This document shows positions 44,407 to 58,057 of a stretch of DNA of 64,000 nt, one piece after another (positions within the stretch are counted from its first letter, which is position 1; each line of letters starts with the position of its first letter). Position numbers and translations under genes: made by a program. The DNA comes from Escherichia coli (GTDB taxonomy: Bacteria > Pseudomonadota > Gammaproteobacteria > Enterobacterales > Enterobacteriaceae), in assembly GCF_044647545.1 (NCBI RefSeq), contig NZ_CP172818.1; one strand, written 5' to 3'. The notes under the pieces were generated by a model. The model saw only the letters and a program-made list of their open reading frames with translations, ran no database searches and was not told the DNA's origin.

Positions 44407-45519
44407 TTACACGCTTTTCGACAACATTTTCCTGTGGGTGTGGATTGACATTACAATCCCGAACCCAGCCATCAGCACAATTAGCGCCGATCCTCCATAA
44501 CTGACCAGTGGGAGCGGAACCCCTACAACCGGCAGAATACCGCTTACCATACCAATATTTACGAAGACATAAACGAATAATATCAGCATTAAGCCGCCAG
44601 CCATGACGCGACCAAAGGTGGTTTGCGCTCTGGCGGCTATCCACAGCCCGCGCATGATCAGCAGAATGTAAAGAGCGAGCAGAATCAAAATGCCCACTAA
44701 TCCCAGCTCTTCCGCCAGTACCGCGAAGATAAAGTCGGTATGGCGTTCGGGGAGAAATTCAAGCTGTGACTGAGTGCCATGCAGCCAGCCTTTGCCGCGT
44801 AATCCGCCGGAGCCAATAGCAATTTTAGACTGAATAATGTGATAGCCCGCGCCGAGTGGGTCTGATTCCGGGTCCAGGAGCATCATTACGCGCTGGCGCT
44901 GGTAATCATGCATCAGGAAGAACCACAGAATCGGAATGAACGCCGCTACCAGCACTACTGCGACGCCAATCAGACGCCAGCTAAGGCCAGAGAGGAACAG
45001 TACAAACAGACCGGAAAGCGCAACGAGGATTGATGTTCCCAGGTCAGGCTGTGCAGCCACCAGCAGCGTGGGCATAAATATCAGCACCAGCGCGATAGCT
45101 GTATTCTTCAATGAAGGTGGGCAAACGTCGCGGTTGATAAAGCGTGCAACCATCAGTGGTACGGCTATCTTGGCAATTTCCGACGGTTGAAAACGAACAA
45201 TACCGAGGTCCAGCCAGCGTTGAGCGCCTTTAGAGATGGCACCGAAAGCATCTACCGCCACCAGCAAAATAATACAGATGATATAGAGATAGGGGGCCCA
45301 GCCTTCATAAACGCGTGGAGGAATTTGCGCCATCACCACCATGATGACCAGACCCATCGCAATCTGGCCGATTTTACGCTCCATCATGCCAATATCCTGA
45401 CCGCTGGCGCTCCAGATAACCAGGGCGCTGTAAACCAGCAATGCCAGTAAGATCAGCAGCATTGTGGGATCGAGATGGACTTTATCCCAGAATGTTTTTT
45501 TATTCGGATTATCCGTCAT
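44407..45519 (-). CDS. mrdB: Peptidoglycan glycosyltransferase RodA (SEDS family)
   Basis: 370 aa polytopic membrane protein. Confidence 0.95.
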   Translation of the reverse strand: MTDNPNKKTFWDKVHLDPTMLLILLALLVYSALVIWSASGQDIGMMERKIGQIAMGLVIMVVMAQIPPRVYEGWAPYLYIICIILLVAVDAFGAISKGAQRWLDLGIVRFQPSEIAKIAVPLMVARFINRDVCPPSLKNTAIALVLIFMPTLLVAAQPDLGTSILVALSGLFVLFLSGLSWRLIGVAVVLVAAFIPILWFFLMHDYQRQRVMMLLDPESDPLGAGYHIIQSKIAIGSGGLRGKGWLHGTQSQLEFLPERHTDFIFAVLAEELGLVGILILLALYILLIMRGLWIAARAQTTFGRVMAGGLMLILFVYVFVNIGMVSGILPVVGVPLPLVSYGGSALIVLMAGFGIVMSIHTHRKMLSKSV

Positions 45520-45521
45520 GA

Positions 45522-47423
45522 TTAATGGTCCTCCGCTGCGGCAACCGCTGGATTTTCCGCAGGCAGATCGGTGTTGTTATCACCCAGCATAATGTGGTCG
45601 AGGATCTGGCGCATCAGCGTACCAACCGCCGGACCCGCGCCACCGTTCTCCAGAATCATGGCGACAGCCACTTGCGGATTGTTGTATGGCGCAAAGGCGG
45701 TCATCAGTTTGTGGTCACGTAAACGCTCGGCAATTTTGTGCGCATTATAGGTTTCGTTCGCTTTCAGGCCGAAGACCTGAGCCGTACCGGATTTTGCTGC
45801 AATTTTGTACGGTGCGCTGGCAAAGTATTTATGCGCCGTACCGTTAGGGCGGTTAGCAACACCGTACATACCGTCTTTTGCCAGCTCCCAGTAACCGGAA
45901 TGAATATCGCCGACGGGCGGTTCATGCGGTTGTACCCATGGCACCTGTTTGCCGTCTTCGGCGGTGCTCATCAGCAAATGCGGAACCTTCACGATACCGT
46001 CATTAATCAGGATCATCAGTGCCTTACTCATCTGGATTGGGGTCGCTGTCCAGTAACCCTGACCGATACCAACCGGAATGGTGTCACCCTGATACCACGG
46101 TTTTTTAAAGCGTTTCTGTTTCCATTCGCGGGTAGGCATGTTGCCGGAACGTTCTTCCGCCAGGTCGATACCGGTGTAATGACCATAACCGAATTTACCC
46201 ATCCATTCGGAGAGGCGATCGATTCCCATATCGTAGGCCACCTGATAGAAGAAGGTATCCGCAGATTCTTCCAGCGATCTTGTGACATTCAGACGCCCGT
46301 GGCCCCATTTTTTCCAGTCACGATAACGTTTTTCTGAACCTGGCAGTTGCCACCAGCCTGGGTCAAACAGCGTCGTATTGCGCGTGATCACCCCGGCACT
46401 CAATGCCGAAACCGCAACATAGGGTTTAACTGTAGACGCGGGAGGATAAACTCCCTGTGTGGCGCGGTTCACCAGCGGTGTATTCGGGTCGTTCAGCAAG
46501 GCGGAATAATCTTTGCTGGAGATACCGTCAACAAACAGGTTTGGGTCATAACTAGGCGTGGAAACCAGCGCCAACACCCCACCTGTACGCGGATCGGTGA
46601 CTACCACAGCTGCGCGGCTACCCGCCAGCAGCGTTTCAATATATTGCTGGAGTTTGAGATCCAGCGTCAGGTAAATATCGTGTCCGGCTTGCGGTGGTAC
46701 TTCTTTTAACTGGCGGATAACACGCCCACGGTTGTTAACTTCAACCTCTTCATAACCAGTCTGACCGTGCAGCACGTCTTCATAGTAACGCTCAATGCCC
46801 AGCTTACCTATATCATGCGTTGCCGCATAGTTGGCCAGTTTGCCGTCATTATTCAGGCGTTCGACGTCTTTATCGTTGATTTTCGACACATAGCCGATGA
46901 CGTGGGTCAACGCCGAACCGTAAGGATAGTAACGACGTTTATAGCCTTTAACTTCAACACCCGGAAAACGGTACTGATTGACGGCAAAGCGAGCTACTTG
47001 TACTTCGGTCAGGTTAGTTTTCACCGGAATAGAGGTGAAACGGTGTGAACGTGCGCGCTCTTTTCGGAATGCAGCAATATCATCATCGGTCAGATCAACC
47101 ACGCTGCGCAAAGCGTCCAGCGTTTGCTGCACATTATCGACTTTCTCCGGCATCATTTCTATCTGGTAGATAGTGCGGTTGAGAGCCAGAGGGATACCGT
47201 TACGGTCGTAGATAATGCCGCGGCTGGGTGCGATAGGCACCAGCTTAATGCGGTTTTCATTAGAGCGGGTCTGGTAGTCGGTAAAGCGAACAATTTGCAG
47301 ATTATACAGGTTGGCGATAAGCACGCCGGTCAGCAGCAAAATCCCCAAAAAGGCGACCAGCGCCCGGCGCACAAACAGCGCGGACTCTGCCGTATAGTCG
47401 CGAAAAGAGTTCTGTAGTTTCAT
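45522..47423 (-). CDS. mrdA: Peptidoglycan transpeptidase PBP2
   Basis: 633 aa; N-terminal TM anchor; transpeptidase STVK motif. Confidence 0.96.
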   Translation of the reverse strand: MKLQNSFRDYTAESALFVRRALVAFLGILLLTGVLIANLYNLQIVRFTDYQTRSNENRIKLVPIAPSRGIIYDRNGIPLALNRTIYQIEMMPEKVDNVQQTLDALRSVVDLTDDDIAAFRKERARSHRFTSIPVKTNLTEVQVARFAVNQYRFPGVEVKGYKRRYYPYGSALTHVIGYVSKINDKDVERLNNDGKLANYAATHDIGKLGIERYYEDVLHGQTGYEEVEVNNRGRVIRQLKEVPPQAGHDIYLTLDLKLQQYIETLLAGSRAAVVVTDPRTGGVLALVSTPSYDPNLFVDGISSKDYSALLNDPNTPLVNRATQGVYPPASTVKPYVAVSALSAGVITRNTTLFDPGWWQLPGSEKRYRDWKKWGHGRLNVTRSLEESADTFFYQVAYDMGIDRLSEWMGKFGYGHYTGIDLAEERSGNMPTREWKQKRFKKPWYQGDTIPVGIGQGYWTATPIQMSKALMILINDGIVKVPHLLMSTAEDGKQVPWVQPHEPPVGDIHSGYWELAKDGMYGVANRPNGTAHKYFASAPYKIAAKSGTAQVFGLKANETYNAHKIAERLRDHKLMTAFAPYNNPQVAVAMILENGGAGPAVGTLMRQILDHIMLGDNNTDLPAENPAVAAAEDH

Positions 47424-47453
47424 CCGCTGCGTTTTCTACTCAAAGCTCACTTA

Positions 47454-47921
47454 TCACTCACGGTGATAAGGATGGTTGGTGGTGATGCTCCACGCCCGGT
47501 ACAGACTCTCTGCGACCAGCACGCGAACCAGCGGATGGGGGAGGGTAAGCGCCGACAGCGACCAGCTCTGCTCCGCCGCCGCTTTACAGGCAGGCGACAA
47601 CCCTTCAGGCCCGCCAATCAGTAGACTGACGTCGCGACCATCCAGCTTCCAGCGTTCCAGCTCAGCGGCTAACTGCGGCGTATCCCAGGGCTTGCCTGGA
47701 ATATCGAGGGTGACAATGCGGTTTTTGCCTGCGGCCGCCAACATCTGCTCACCCTCTTTGTCGAGTATGCGCTTGATGTCCGCATTCTTGCCGCGTTTTC
47801 CGGCCGGAATTTCAATCAGCTCGAAGGGCATATCTTTCGGAAAACGACGCAGGTACTCGGTAAAACCGGTTTGTACCCAGTCCGGCATTTTCGTTCCCAC
47901 GGCGACAAGTTGCAGCTTCAC
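47454..47921 (-). CDS. rlmH: 23S rRNA (pseudouridine1915-N3)-methyltransferase
   Basis: 155 aa SPOUT-fold protein. Confidence 0.93.
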
Positions 47922-47924
47922 GCA

Positions 47925-48260
<336 letters not shown>

Positions 48261-48501
48261 TCAAATAGATAAAAATGGTCTGTCAGTATACCTGAACCAG
48301 AGGCGATTTCGGGACAATTGTCGCCGAATCGGCTTTCGAAAGTGGGCTATCATCCCACCCCGCGCCGCAGATTGCATCGCCATTTTTGTAAAACAATTTC
48401 TACAAAGTCGTGTCTGGCGAAAAAAGTCTGGCTGCGGAGAATATCAGCCTGCCCGGGGCTGTCAATGGTCGTTGCGGCTTACCCGTAAAAAAACAGAAAA
48501 G

Positions 48502-49113
48502 TCATGCATTCTCGACCCCGATGGCACGGCTATTGAGGACGCGTAGCGTCGCGAATTTTTGGTTGATATCAATGGCGCTCCAACACCCCTGGTCAACGCG
48601 AAAATGCCACATAGCCTCGGCAGGCATGCCAATTAAACGAGCGATTAACAGACTCAGTACACCCTGATGGCTGACGACTAAAATATTCTGATAGTGCTGA
48701 AATTCACTAAGCCTTGCGATAAACCGTTCCACACGTTGTGAAAATGCCTGAAATCCTTCACCGTTCGTGGGGATAGCATGCTGCCAGTCATTGCACCACG
48801 CGCTATAGTTTTCGGCATCTTCTTGCATGAGGTCGCGATGATGTCGCATCTCCCAGTCGCCAAAAAACATTTCGTTGAGTTCAGGGATGATTTGCACGGG
48901 GAGCTGGCGATCACTGAGAACCCGTCGAGCGGTATGCTGTGCCCGTTCCAGTTCACTGCATAAAACCAGGTCAAAGGAAACACCATGTAGCAGCGTATGC
49001 AGATTTTGCGCTTGCTCAATACCGCGCGCCGTCAGGGGAGTGGGCGCATGACCGCTGTACAGACCATCGACATTCGCTTGCGTTTCGCCATGACGAATTA
49101 ACCACAGTCGCAT
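48502..49113 (-). CDS. cobC: Phosphoglycerate-mutase-family phosphatase (adenosylcobalamin/alpha-ribazole phosphatase)
   Basis: 203 aa from ATG at 49113; catalytic RHGET motif. Confidence 0.9.
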   Translation of the reverse strand: MRLWLIRHGETQANVDGLYSGHAPTPLTARGIEQAQNLHTLLHGVSFDLVLCSELERAQHTARRVLSDRQLPVQIIPELNEMFFGDWEMRHHRDLMQEDAENYSAWCNDWQHAIPTNGEGFQAFSQRVERFIARLSEFQHYQNILVVSHQGVLSLLIARLIGMPAEAMWHFRVDQGCWSAIDINQKFATLRVLNSRAIGVENA

Positions 49114-49136
49114 CATGCCCTCCGTAACGACAGGTA

Positions 49137-49778
49137 TCAGCGATACAAGCCTTGTTGGTTAATGTAAGTCAGTACCGGTTCCGGCAATAAATCCTCACAC
49201 GATTCACCGTTTTGCAAACGTTCGCGGATGATGGTCGCCGAGATGTTAAACCACGGCGTTTCAGCCAGATAAATTTTACCGGCAGGCTGAAGGTGAAGAT
49301 CTTCCGGGTTATGTGTCAAATGATCTTCCAGCCATTGCTGGTATTGCGGTTGCGCCATTTCAAGTGGGTAACCTGGACGCCGACAGACGATCAAATGTGC
49401 ATTGTCGAGTATCGTTTCGTATTCGTACCAGGTCGGAAAGGTCAGCAATGAATCCTGACCTATAATAAACGCCAGCGGCACGTCCGGCCCTTGTTCCTGC
49501 CGCCACTCTTTCAGTGTTTGCGCAGTGTAAGAAGGGGCATTGCGCTTTAGCTCGCGTTCATCAAGAGTAAATAATGGCTTGTCGGCAATCGCCAGTTCAA
49601 GCATGTGTTTACGCTGTACGCTGTTCGCTTCCGGCTGGGGACGATGCGGAGGAACATTATTAGGGATGATTGTGACCCGCGTCAGACCAATCAAATTCGC
49701 CAGCGTTTCCACGGGTTTAAGATGACCATAGTGCACCGGATCAAAGGTGCCACCAAACAGAGCCTGTAAAGATTTCAT
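49137..49778 (-). CDS. nadD: Nicotinate-mononucleotide adenylyltransferase
   Basis: 213 aa; nucleotidyltransferase motif [11 protein letters not shown]. Confidence 0.95.
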
Positions 49779-49779
49779 A

Positions 49780-50811
49780 TCAACCGTCGATAAATACGTC
49801 CGCCAGGGGTTTATGGCACAACAGAAGAGATAACCCTTCCAGCTCTGCCCACACTGACTGACCGTAATCTTGTTTGAGGGTGAGTTCCGTTCGTGTCAGG
49901 AGTTGCACGGCCTGACGTAACTGCGGCTGGCTTAAGCGATTTAACGCCTCGCCCATCATGCCCCGGCGGTTCTGCCATACCCGATGCTTATCAAACAATG
50001 CTCGCAGTGGCGTATGGGCAGACTGGCGTTTCAGGTTAACCAGTAACAACAGTTCACGTTGTAATGTGCGCAACAAAATAACCGGTTCGCTGCCTTCCAG
50101 ACGCAGTTGCTGAAGAATATGCAACGCGCGCTTACTTTTTCCCATCAACAAAGCATCAACCCAATGAAAAGGGGTGAAATGCGCGGCATCATTCACCGCC
50201 TGTTCAACGCGAGGTAATGTCAGTTTGCCGTCTGGCCAGAGTAGCGATAAACGCTCCAGTGCCTGAGCCAGCGCCAGCAGGTTACCTTCATAACAGTAGC
50301 AGAGCACCTGATTCGCCGCGTCATCCAGTTCTAAGTTGAGCTGTTTTGCGCGCGCAGCAACCCAGCGGGGAAGCTGAGCCTGCTCCGGCGTCTGACAGGT
50401 CACCTGCACGCTGCGATTCGCAAGAGCAGTAAACCAGGCGGCATTTTCTTGCGCTTTGCTTAATTTATTACCGCGGACGATCAACAGCAGGTCGTCATGC
50501 AGAAGTCCGGTGAGTGTGAGAAGTTGTTCATTGATCGCCGCATTCGGTCCGTTTTCTGGTAACAACAGCAATAGCGTTTGTCGACTGGCAAACAGACTCA
50601 TGGCCTGGCATAACGAAAAGATCGCATTCCAGTCAGTGTTGGGATCAATGGAAAAAGTGTGGTGTTCTTCGAATCCTTGTACCGCAGCTACCTGACGAAT
50701 AGCGTCCTGGCTTTCCTGCAATAACAGAGGATCGTTACCAAGTAAAAGATACGCCGCGCGCAGCCCTTCATTGAGCTGCGCGCGGAGTTGTTCCGGGTAC
50801 AACCGAATCAT
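49780..50811 (-). CDS. holA: DNA polymerase III delta subunit
   Basis: 343 aa; 1 bp after nadD start, 1-bp overlap with lptE. Confidence 0.93.
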
Positions 50812-51392
50812 CAGTTACCCAGCGTGGTAGAGACGCGTGCAGGCGTTGCCGGAGTATCCGTTGTGGTCGACGTCTGTTCTTCGTCGGAACGAATATCCGC
50901 AGCACGGATGCTTGGCAGCTTACGAATCAGCTGTTCGGCAGCACGGTCGTACATCTCTTTTACGATCATGTCTTGTTCGTTATCTTTCGCTAACGCCATT
51001 TGCGGGTTATCGAAGAACGAACGGAAGACTTTGGCGCTAATCGGGTAGATGTCACGGCCGGGGATCAACACGGTCGCATTGACCGTCATGATCATCTGAT
51101 ACTCTGCTGTTTGACCGTTACGGAATACCGATGCGGTATCTTTCGCGATGCTCACTTTACCCAAACGCAGGGATGGAACGTCCTTACGCGTGGTTTCTTT
51201 ATCAAGCAACTCGACACCATTCAGACGTAACTGGTTACGCACCGCACGGCTTAATGGCCCGTTCGGATCGCCTGAGTCCAGGATCATGACCTTCATAGTG
51301 GAAGGAACCTGCGTGGTATCACGCAGATGCCAGCCACACCCGGCGGTGATTAACACCGCCAGAGATAACAACAATGTTGCCAGATATCGCAC
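50811..51392 (-). CDS. lptE: LPS assembly lipoprotein LptE
   Basis: 193 aa; lipobox LITAGCG. Confidence 0.93.
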
Positions 51393-51406
51393 GCTTCCTC
51401 CCGCGC

Positions 51407-53989
51407 TTAGCCAACGACCAGATTGAGGAGTTTACCGGGTACGTAAATCACTTTACGCACGGTAACGCCATCAAGATATTTTGCTACCAGATGTTCCTGG
51501 CCAGCACGTTCGCGAACCTGTTCTTCCGTTGCGTCCACCGGAACGGTGATTTTTGCACGGACTTTACCGTTAACCTGCACCACGACCAGCGTGGAGTCTT
51601 CCACCATCGCTTTTTCGTCGGCAACCGGCCACGGCGCGTTGTCGATATCGCCTTCGCCTTTCAGTTCCTGCCACAGCGTGAAGCAGATGTGCGGGGTGAA
51701 CGGGTTAAGCATACGGACAACGGCCAGCAGTGCTTCCTGCATCAGGGCGCGGTCCTGCTCGCCATCGGTCGGTGCTTTCGCCAGTTTGTTCATCAGCTCC
51801 ATAATCGCCGCAATTGCGGTGTTGAAGGTCTGACGACGGCCGATATCATCGGTCACTTTAGCGATCGTTTTATGCACATCGCGACGCAGCGCTTTCTGAT
51901 CTTCAGTCAGCGCATCAACGTTCAGTGCTGCAACATCACCTTTCGCTGTGTGCTCGTAAACCAGTTTCCAGACACGTTTCAGGAAGCGGTTAGCCCCTTC
52001 CACGCCGGATTCCTGCCATTCGAGAGTCATATCAGCCGGAGAAGCAAACATCATAAACAGACGAACGGTGTCCGCGCCGTAACGTTCAACCATCACCTGC
52101 GGGTCGATACCGTTGTTCTTCGACTTGGACATTTTGCTCATGCCGGTATAAACCAGTTCATGGCCTGCCGCATCTTTCGCTTTCACGATACGGCCTTTCT
52201 CGTCACGTTCAACGATAGCATCAACCGGGGAAACCCAGTTACGTTCGCCGTTTTCGCCAACATAGTAGAAGGCATCTGCCAGCACCATACCCTGACACAG
52301 CAACTGTTTTGCTGGTTCGTCAGAGTTCACCATGCCTGCATCACGCATCAGTTTGTGGAAGAAGCGGAAGTAGAGCAGGTGCATAATGGCGTGTTCGATA
52401 CCACCAATGTAGATATCCACCGGCAGCCAGTAGTTAGCCGCTTTGGAATCCAGCATACCTTCTTTGTACTCCGGGCAAGTGTAGCGCGCATAGTACCAGG
52501 AGGACTCCATAAAGGTGTCGAAAGTGTCGGTTTCACGCAGCGCTGGCATACCGTTAACGGTAGTTTTTGCCCACTCCGGATCTGCTTTAATCGGGCTGGT
52601 AATGCCGTCCATCACCACATCTTCCGGCAGGATCACCGGCAGCTGGTCGTCCGGGGTCGGCATTACGGTACCGTCTTCCAGCGTCACCATCGGAATCGGC
52701 GCGCCCCAGTAACGCTGACGAGAAACACCCCAGTCGCGCAGGCGGTAGTTCACTTTACGCTCGCCAACGCCCATCGCAGTCAGTTTATCGGCGATGGCGT
52801 TGAAGGCCGCTTCATGGTCAAGACCGTTGAACTCGCCAGAGTTGAACAGCACGCCTTTTTCAGTCAGGGCTTGCTGAGAAAGATCTGGCTCAGAGCCGTC
52901 AGCTGCCAGGATAACCGGTTTGATATTCAGGCCGTATTTAGAGGCAAACTCGTAGTCGCGCTGGTCGTGACCCGGAACCGCCATAACTGCGCCCGTGCCG
53001 TATTCCATCAATACGAAGTTTGCTGCCCAAACGGGAATTTCTTCGCCCGTTAATGGGTGAACCGCTTTAAAGCCAGTATCGACGCCTTTTTTCTCCATCG
53101 TCGCCATTTCAGCTTCGGCAACTTTGGTGTTACGGCATTCGTCAATAAAGGCCGCCAGTTCAGGATTATTTTCCGCCGCTTTCTGCGCCAGCGGATGACC
53201 CGCCGCTACCGCCAGGTAGGTACAACCCATAAAGGTGTCCGGACGGGTAGTGTAAACGGTCAGCGTGTTGTCATAGTCGTTAACGTTGAAGGTGATTTCC
53301 ACGCCTTCGGAACGACCGATCCAGTTACGCTGCATGGTTTTAACGGTGTCTGGCCAGTGATCCAGTTTATCCAGATCGTTAAGCAGCTCGTCAGCGTAAG
53401 CGGTGATTTTGATAAACCACTGCGGGATCTCTTTACGTTCAACTTTGGTATCGCAGCGCCAGCAGCAGCCGTCGATAACTTGTTCGTTCGCCAGTACGGT
53501 CTGGTCGTTCGGGCACCAGTTGACCGCAGAAGTCTTTTTATATACCAGGCCTTTTTTATACAGCTCGGTGAAGAATTTCTGTTCCCAACGGTAGTATTCC
53601 GGCGTACAGGTTGCCAGCTCGCGGCTCCAGTCATAACCAAAGCCCAGCATTTTGAGCTGGTTTTTCATGTATGCGATGTTGTCGTACGTCCACGGTGCCG
53701 GAGCGGTGTTGTTTTTTACCGCCGCGCCTTCCGCAGGCAGACCAAATGCGTCCCAGCCAATCGGCTGCAGAACGTTTTTGCCCAGCATGCGCTGGTAACG
53801 GGCGATCACGTCACCGATGGTGTAGTTACGTACGTGGCCCATGTGTAGTCGACCAGAAGGATAGGGAAGCATAGACAGGCAGTAATACTTCTCTTTGCTC
53901 TCGTCTTCGGTTACTTCAAATGTGCGCTTCTCATCCCAATGAAGCTGTACTTTGGATTCTATCTCTTCCGGGCGGTATTGCTCTTGCAT
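51407..53989 (-). CDS. leuS: Leucyl-tRNA synthetase
   Basis: 860 aa from ATG at 53989 (ORF-track start 54130 is a 47-codon extension); class I HMGH and KMSKS motifs. Confidence 0.96.
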   Translation of the reverse strand: MQEQYRPEEIESKVQLHWDEKRTFEVTEDESKEKYYCLSMLPYPSGRLHMGHVRNYTIGDVIARYQRMLGKNVLQPIGWDAFGLPAEGAAVKNNTAPAPWTYDNIAYMKNQLKMLGFGYDWSRELATCTPEYYRWEQKFFTELYKKGLVYKKTSAVNWCPNDQTVLANEQVIDGCCWRCDTKVERKEIPQWFIKITAYADELLNDLDKLDHWPDTVKTMQRNWIGRSEGVEITFNVNDYDNTLTVYTTRPDTFMGCTYLAVAAGHPLAQKAAENNPELAAFIDECRNTKVAEAEMATMEKKGVDTGFKAVHPLTGEEIPVWAANFVLMEYGTGAVMAVPGHDQRDYEFASKYGLNIKPVILAADGSEPDLSQQALTEKGVLFNSGEFNGLDHEAAFNAIADKLTAMGVGERKVNYRLRDWGVSRQRYWGAPIPMVTLEDGTVMPTPDDQLPVILPEDVVMDGITSPIKADPEWAKTTVNGMPALRETDTFDTFMESSWYYARYTCPEYKEGMLDSKAANYWLPVDIYIGGIEHAIMHLLYFRFFHKLMRDAGMVNSDEPAKQLLCQGMVLADAFYYVGENGERNWVSPVDAIVERDEKGRIVKAKDAAGHELVYTGMSKMSKSKNNGIDPQVMVERYGADTVRLFMMFASPADMTLEWQESGVEGANRFLKRVWKLVYEHTAKGDVAALNVDALTEDQKALRRDVHKTIAKVTDDIGRRQTFNTAIAAIMELMNKLAKAPTDGEQDRALMQEALLAVVRMLNPFTPHICFTLWQELKGEGDIDNAPWPVADEKAMVEDSTLVVVQVNGKVRAKITVPVDATEEQVRERAGQEHLVAKYLDGVTVRKVIYVPGKLLNLVVG

Positions 53990-54223
53990 GGCAGCCAGTG
54001 GTCCTGTTTTCAATACGGCTACAAATGTAGCGTTGAGGTGGTTTTTCAGATCCGCATAGCATAGCCCAAACGTCCGCGTCAAAACAGCCTTTCGCGCACT
54101 CGACGTTGAAATGATGCCCGGATTATTCATACATTAATTTACAGAGTTTGTGGGCGTATTAGCAAAGCAAGGAACAAAGAACGTCTATTATTATAGTCAG
54201 TTAACGACCCGGGAGATGAAACG

Positions 54224-54706
54224 ATGAACAAGGTTGCTCAATATTACCGTGAACTGGTCGCGTCACTGAGCGAACGCCTGCGTAATGGCGAACGTGATAT
54301 CGACGCACTGGTGGAACAGGCGCGCGAGCGCGTAATAAAAACAGGGGAGTTAACGCGAACCGAGGTCGATGAGCTGACGCGAGCTGTCAGACGTGACCTG
54401 GAAGAGTTCGCCATGAGCTATGAAGAGAGCCTGAAAGAAGAATCTGACAGCGTCTTTATGCGGGTGATTAAAGAAAGCTTGTGGCAGGAGCTGGCAGACA
54501 TCACCGATAAAACGCAGCTTGAATGGCGCGAAGTTTTCCAGGACCTCAATCATCATGGGGTTTATCACAGCGGAGAAGTGGTAGGGCTGGGAAATCTGGT
54601 CTGCGAGAAATGTCACTTCCATCTCCCGATCTACACACCGGAAGTGCTGACGCTATGCCCGAAATGTGGTCATGACCAGTTCCAGAGACGCCCGTTCGAG
54701 CCTTAA
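54224..54706 (+). CDS. ybeL: Conserved protein of unknown function (DUF1451-type, C-terminal zinc-ribbon-like CxxC pairs)
   Basis: 160 aa; C-terminal CEKC...CPKC; divergent from leuS. Confidence 0.88.
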   Translation: MNKVAQYYRELVASLSERLRNGERDIDALVEQARERVIKTGELTRTEVDELTRAVRRDLEEFAMSYEESLKEESDSVFMRVIKESLWQELADITDKTQLEWREVFQDLNHHGVYHSGEVVGLGNLVCEKCHFHLPIYTPEVLTLCPKCGHDQFQRRPFEP

Positions 54707-54736
54707 TGGTCTGATTTCGCACAGCAATAAAGATAT

Positions 54737-54771
54737 ATGGGCCGAATAAAATTCCCCGGCCCTTGTTTTTA
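54737..54771 (+). terminator. Putative terminator after ybeL
   Basis: gggccg ... cggccc short stem followed by ttgttttta; weak. Confidence 0.35.
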
Positions 54772-54775
54772 TCTC

Positions 54776-55753
54776 TTACAGTAAATCTTCAATCTCACGG
54801 ATTTTTTGACTGACATCCCTGGTACCGGATGACTGAGCTTTACGATACAGATCGAGAGCCTGTCGGAGATCGACAGGTCTTCCTTCTCCGTAATGATACA
54901 TAATGGCAAGGTTATACCAGGCAGTGGCATTATCGCATTCAGCGGCTTTCGTAAACCATTCAAAGGCGGCCTGATAATCTTTCTCAACGCCTTGTCCATG
55001 TTTATACATATAACCGATGTTGACGTAAGCGCCGACGCTTTCCTGAGCGGCAGCCTTCAGATACCAGTACATCGCTTGCTTATAGTCCTGGTCCACCCCT
55101 TCGCCAGCGTTATAATCCCATGCAATTTGAAACTGGGCATGCCGATTACCCTGCTGTGCGCTTTTCAAATACCAGAATGCGGCGAGTGTCTTATTTTGAG
55201 CAACGCCTTCTCCGTCTTTATAGAGATCGGCCAGGTTGTCTTGCGCGTAACTATGGCCTTGTAATGCAGCTTGTTTGTACCAGAAAAATGCCAGCGCATA
55301 GTCTTGTGCGACTCCGTTGCCATTTCTGTACATCCACCCAAGATTATTTTGCGCATAAGACATTCCGCTCTCCGCGGCTATCTGATACCAGGCAACCGCT
55401 TCTTTATAGTTGGGGTCTTCTCCACGATCCTGTATCCAGCCAAGGGCGTTGGAAGCGAAAGTATGGCCTTGTAGGGCAGCTTTTTTCAGCCAAAAGATGG
55501 CTTGCCCATTATCTTTATGACGGCTTTTATCCTCGGTATACTTTTGCCCTAAGGAATATTGTGCTTCACAATGACCTTGCTCAGCGGCAAGCTTCAGCCA
55601 GTAAAAGGCCTTTTCGTCGTCCGGAGAGTCAATTGCGCTATCGCGATTATAATAAAACCCAATAATATATTGAGCCTCGCAATCGCCTTTTTCAGCACGT
55701 TCGATAATCTCATCTATTGATAAATTATCGCAGCAACTTGACGTAAAAATCAT
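54776..55753 (-). CDS. ybeQ: Sel1-repeat (TPR-like) protein, no signal peptide
   Basis: 325 aa from ATG at 55753; tandem roughly 36-aa repeats with recurring A-x-QG-x-x-A-Q-x-x-L-G / YxxG motifs. Confidence 0.88.
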   Translation of the reverse strand: MIFTSSCCDNLSIDEIIERAEKGDCEAQYIIGFYYNRDSAIDSPDDEKAFYWLKLAAEQGHCEAQYSLGQKYTEDKSRHKDNGQAIFWLKKAALQGHTFASNALGWIQDRGEDPNYKEAVAWYQIAAESGMSYAQNNLGWMYRNGNGVAQDYALAFFWYKQAALQGHSYAQDNLADLYKDGEGVAQNKTLAAFWYLKSAQQGNRHAQFQIAWDYNAGEGVDQDYKQAMYWYLKAAAQESVGAYVNIGYMYKHGQGVEKDYQAAFEWFTKAAECDNATAWYNLAIMYHYGEGRPVDLRQALDLYRKAQSSGTRDVSQKIREIEDLL

Positions 55754-55916
55754 TATCATTTCCTTATGGTTGCATATAAAGCATATTATATTTTTATGTG
55801 TTCCATTTTTGCGTAAGCCTTATTTTATGCGTATTATGTTGCGTCAGAAAAGTATAAATAAATGAGCCTCGCAACGTGGTTAATATTCATTGAATGAATA
55901 TTTAAGGATAAATTAT

Positions 55917-56624
55917 ATGGACATGGAGTCGCAAAAAATATTGTTTGCACTTTCCACTCCGATGGAAATACGCAATGAATGCTGTTTACCTTCGCATTCA
56001 TCCCCCAAAATGTATTTAGGTACACGCTTTTTTGACCTTTCTTCCTCCTGGGGAATTGATGACCGTGATGACCTGCTGCGCACAATTCACCGAATGATCG
56101 ATAACGGTCATGCCGCTCGGTTGGCAGGGCTTTATCACCGCTGGTTTCGTTATTCTCCGTGTGAATGGCGTGACTATCTTGCTGAACTAAATGAGCAAGG
56201 TCAGGCTTATGCGCAATTTGTCGCCAGCACCGCCGAATGCTGTGGCGAAGGGGGAATCAAAGCCTGGGATTATGTCCGGATGGGTTTTTTAAGCCGAATG
56301 GGCGTACTTAATAACTGGTTGAGTGAAGAAGAAAGCCTGTGGATCCAGTCGCGCATTCATCTACGGGCTCTACGTTATTATAGTAACTGGCAGCAATACT
56401 TTGCCGGTTATACCTTTGGTCGGCAATATTGGCAGTCTCCCGAGGATGATGATCTGCCTTTATTACGTGAATTCTTAGCGCGTAAAGAATACGACGATTC
56501 CGGCAATGATATGTTTTATCAATTATTTGCCAGTGACGATGCATATTACGCGACCTTACCCTGGCAACCACTGGCTGACTACCCCACATGCCCGGAAACG
56601 CTTAAGGATATGAGCGACCTATGA
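55917..56624 (+). CDS. ybeR: DUF1266-family protein, paralog of YbeU
   Basis: 235 aa from ATG at 55917; stop overlaps djlB start (ATGA). Confidence 0.88.
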   Translation: MDMESQKILFALSTPMEIRNECCLPSHSSPKMYLGTRFFDLSSSWGIDDRDDLLRTIHRMIDNGHAARLAGLYHRWFRYSPCEWRDYLAELNEQGQAYAQFVASTAECCGEGGIKAWDYVRMGFLSRMGVLNNWLSEEESLWIQSRIHLRALRYYSNWQQYFAGYTFGRQYWQSPEDDDLPLLREFLARKEYDDSGNDMFYQLFASDDAYYATLPWQPLADYPTCPETLKDMSDL

Positions 56625-58048
56625 AAAATTGCTGGAAGATTCTCGAAATAGAGGAAACGACTGACGTCGATATTATCCGCCGCGCTTATCTGGCGCTGTT
56701 ACCGTCCTTTCATCCAGAAACCGATCCGCAGGGTTTTAAACAACTTCGTCAGGCGTATGAGGACGCGCTACGGATTGCGCAGTCGCCTGCTAAATCTGTT
56801 TGGCAACCAGAAGAACATGAAGTTGCAGAACATGAAATTCTGCTCGCCTTTCGTGCGTTACTCGCCTCTGATAGCGAACGTTTTCTGCCCTCTGCCTGGC
56901 AGCGATTCATTCAGCAATTAAATTATTGCTCGATGGAAGATATTGATGAATTACGCTGGTCGCTGTGCACAATAGCCATGAACACTGCCCATTTATCCTT
57001 CGAGTGCGTGGTGTTATTAGCAGAAAGATTGCGGTGGTTGCAGGAGGAAAACGTCGGGGAAATAGACGAAGAAGAACTGGAATCCTTTTTATATGCCATT
57101 GCGAAGGGGAATGTTTTTAACTTCCAGACCATTCTGCATCTGCCCGTTGCCGTACAAAATGACACCATTGATTTTTACCAAATGTTCGCTCGGATTTGGT
57201 CATCGCATCCAGAATGGCTGACATTGTATTTAGCGCAACATCGCGCAGTGATTATCCCCGATGATGCAAATTTGCACAGAAATTTACTCCGCTGGTATAG
57301 CACAAGCCGTCTGGATATCCCCGAACTTCTGGATTACGCCCGGTCGTGGCGGGAAGCTGAACCTGATAATGAAGATGCGCGTTATTATGAATACGCGCAA
57401 CGCGTCTATTGTGGAGAAGGCGAAAGCCTGCTGGCAGAACTTTGTGACTACTGGCGCGAGTATCCCTCCACCCAGGCGGATGCTTTAATGTTGCAATGGT
57501 GCCGTCAGCATCGGGTCGATTATTACCCGTTAGTGGTGATGATGATTGAAGCGCGTGATCTGGTTAACGATCAGGGAAAACCGCTACTTTATGTCCCTGG
57601 TGACAGCGCTCGTACGCGTTTTCATTTATACGAAATACTCAGTGATGAAAAACTCTCTGCGCTGGGGCGTTCTCTGGTCGAGATGGTTTTGCACAAAGGA
57701 CGTAAGCCGCGGATCTCACTCACGCGTGATACAGAACATACCTTATGGTCATTATATCTAGTTGCCAAACAATTAGTGCAGGCCAGCCAACCGACAGAAG
57801 AATCATTAATGCCGATTGTGAGCCGCCTTGATGCAGAAGATCGTTGTCCTCTGGAAGCATTAATTATTCGACGGTTATTAATTCAGGCGGCGAATTTTAC
57901 CGAGAAGCAAACCGTCGAACCGGAGCCGCAACCGCAGTCGATGCCCGTTGACGATGGTGGGCCGGGCTGTCTGGGCGTCATCAAAATTATTTTCTACATT
58001 TTTATCTTTGCCGGTTTAATAGGGAAAATACTCCATCTGTTCGGGTGA
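56621..58048 (+). CDS. djlB: J-domain-like protein with C-terminal membrane anchor, paralog of DjlC
   Basis: 475 aa; N-terminal J-like helix pair with HPE where HPD is expected (HPETDP); C-terminal hydrophobic tail [20 protein letters not shown]. Confidence 0.9.
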   Translation: MKNCWKILEIEETTDVDIIRRAYLALLPSFHPETDPQGFKQLRQAYEDALRIAQSPAKSVWQPEEHEVAEHEILLAFRALLASDSERFLPSAWQRFIQQLNYCSMEDIDELRWSLCTIAMNTAHLSFECVVLLAERLRWLQEENVGEIDEEELESFLYAIAKGNVFNFQTILHLPVAVQNDTIDFYQMFARIWSSHPEWLTLYLAQHRAVIIPDDANLHRNLLRWYSTSRLDIPELLDYARSWREAEPDNEDARYYEYAQRVYCGEGESLLAELCDYWREYPSTQADALMLQWCRQHRVDYYPLVVMMIEARDLVNDQGKPLLYVPGDSARTRFHLYEILSDEKLSALGRSLVEMVLHKGRKPRISLTRDTEHTLWSLYLVAKQLVQASQPTEESLMPIVSRLDAEDRCPLEALIIRRLLIQAANFTEKQTVEPEPQPQSMPVDDGGPGCLGVIKIIFYIFIFAGLIGKILHLFG

Positions 58049-58057
58049 CAGTCGACG

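Noticed and set aside
51374-53848. 559-aa and 263-aa plus-strand ORFs
   Set aside because: Antisense to leuS (HMGH and KMSKS motifs confirm the minus-strand frame); translations are His/Arg/Val-rich with no domain signature.
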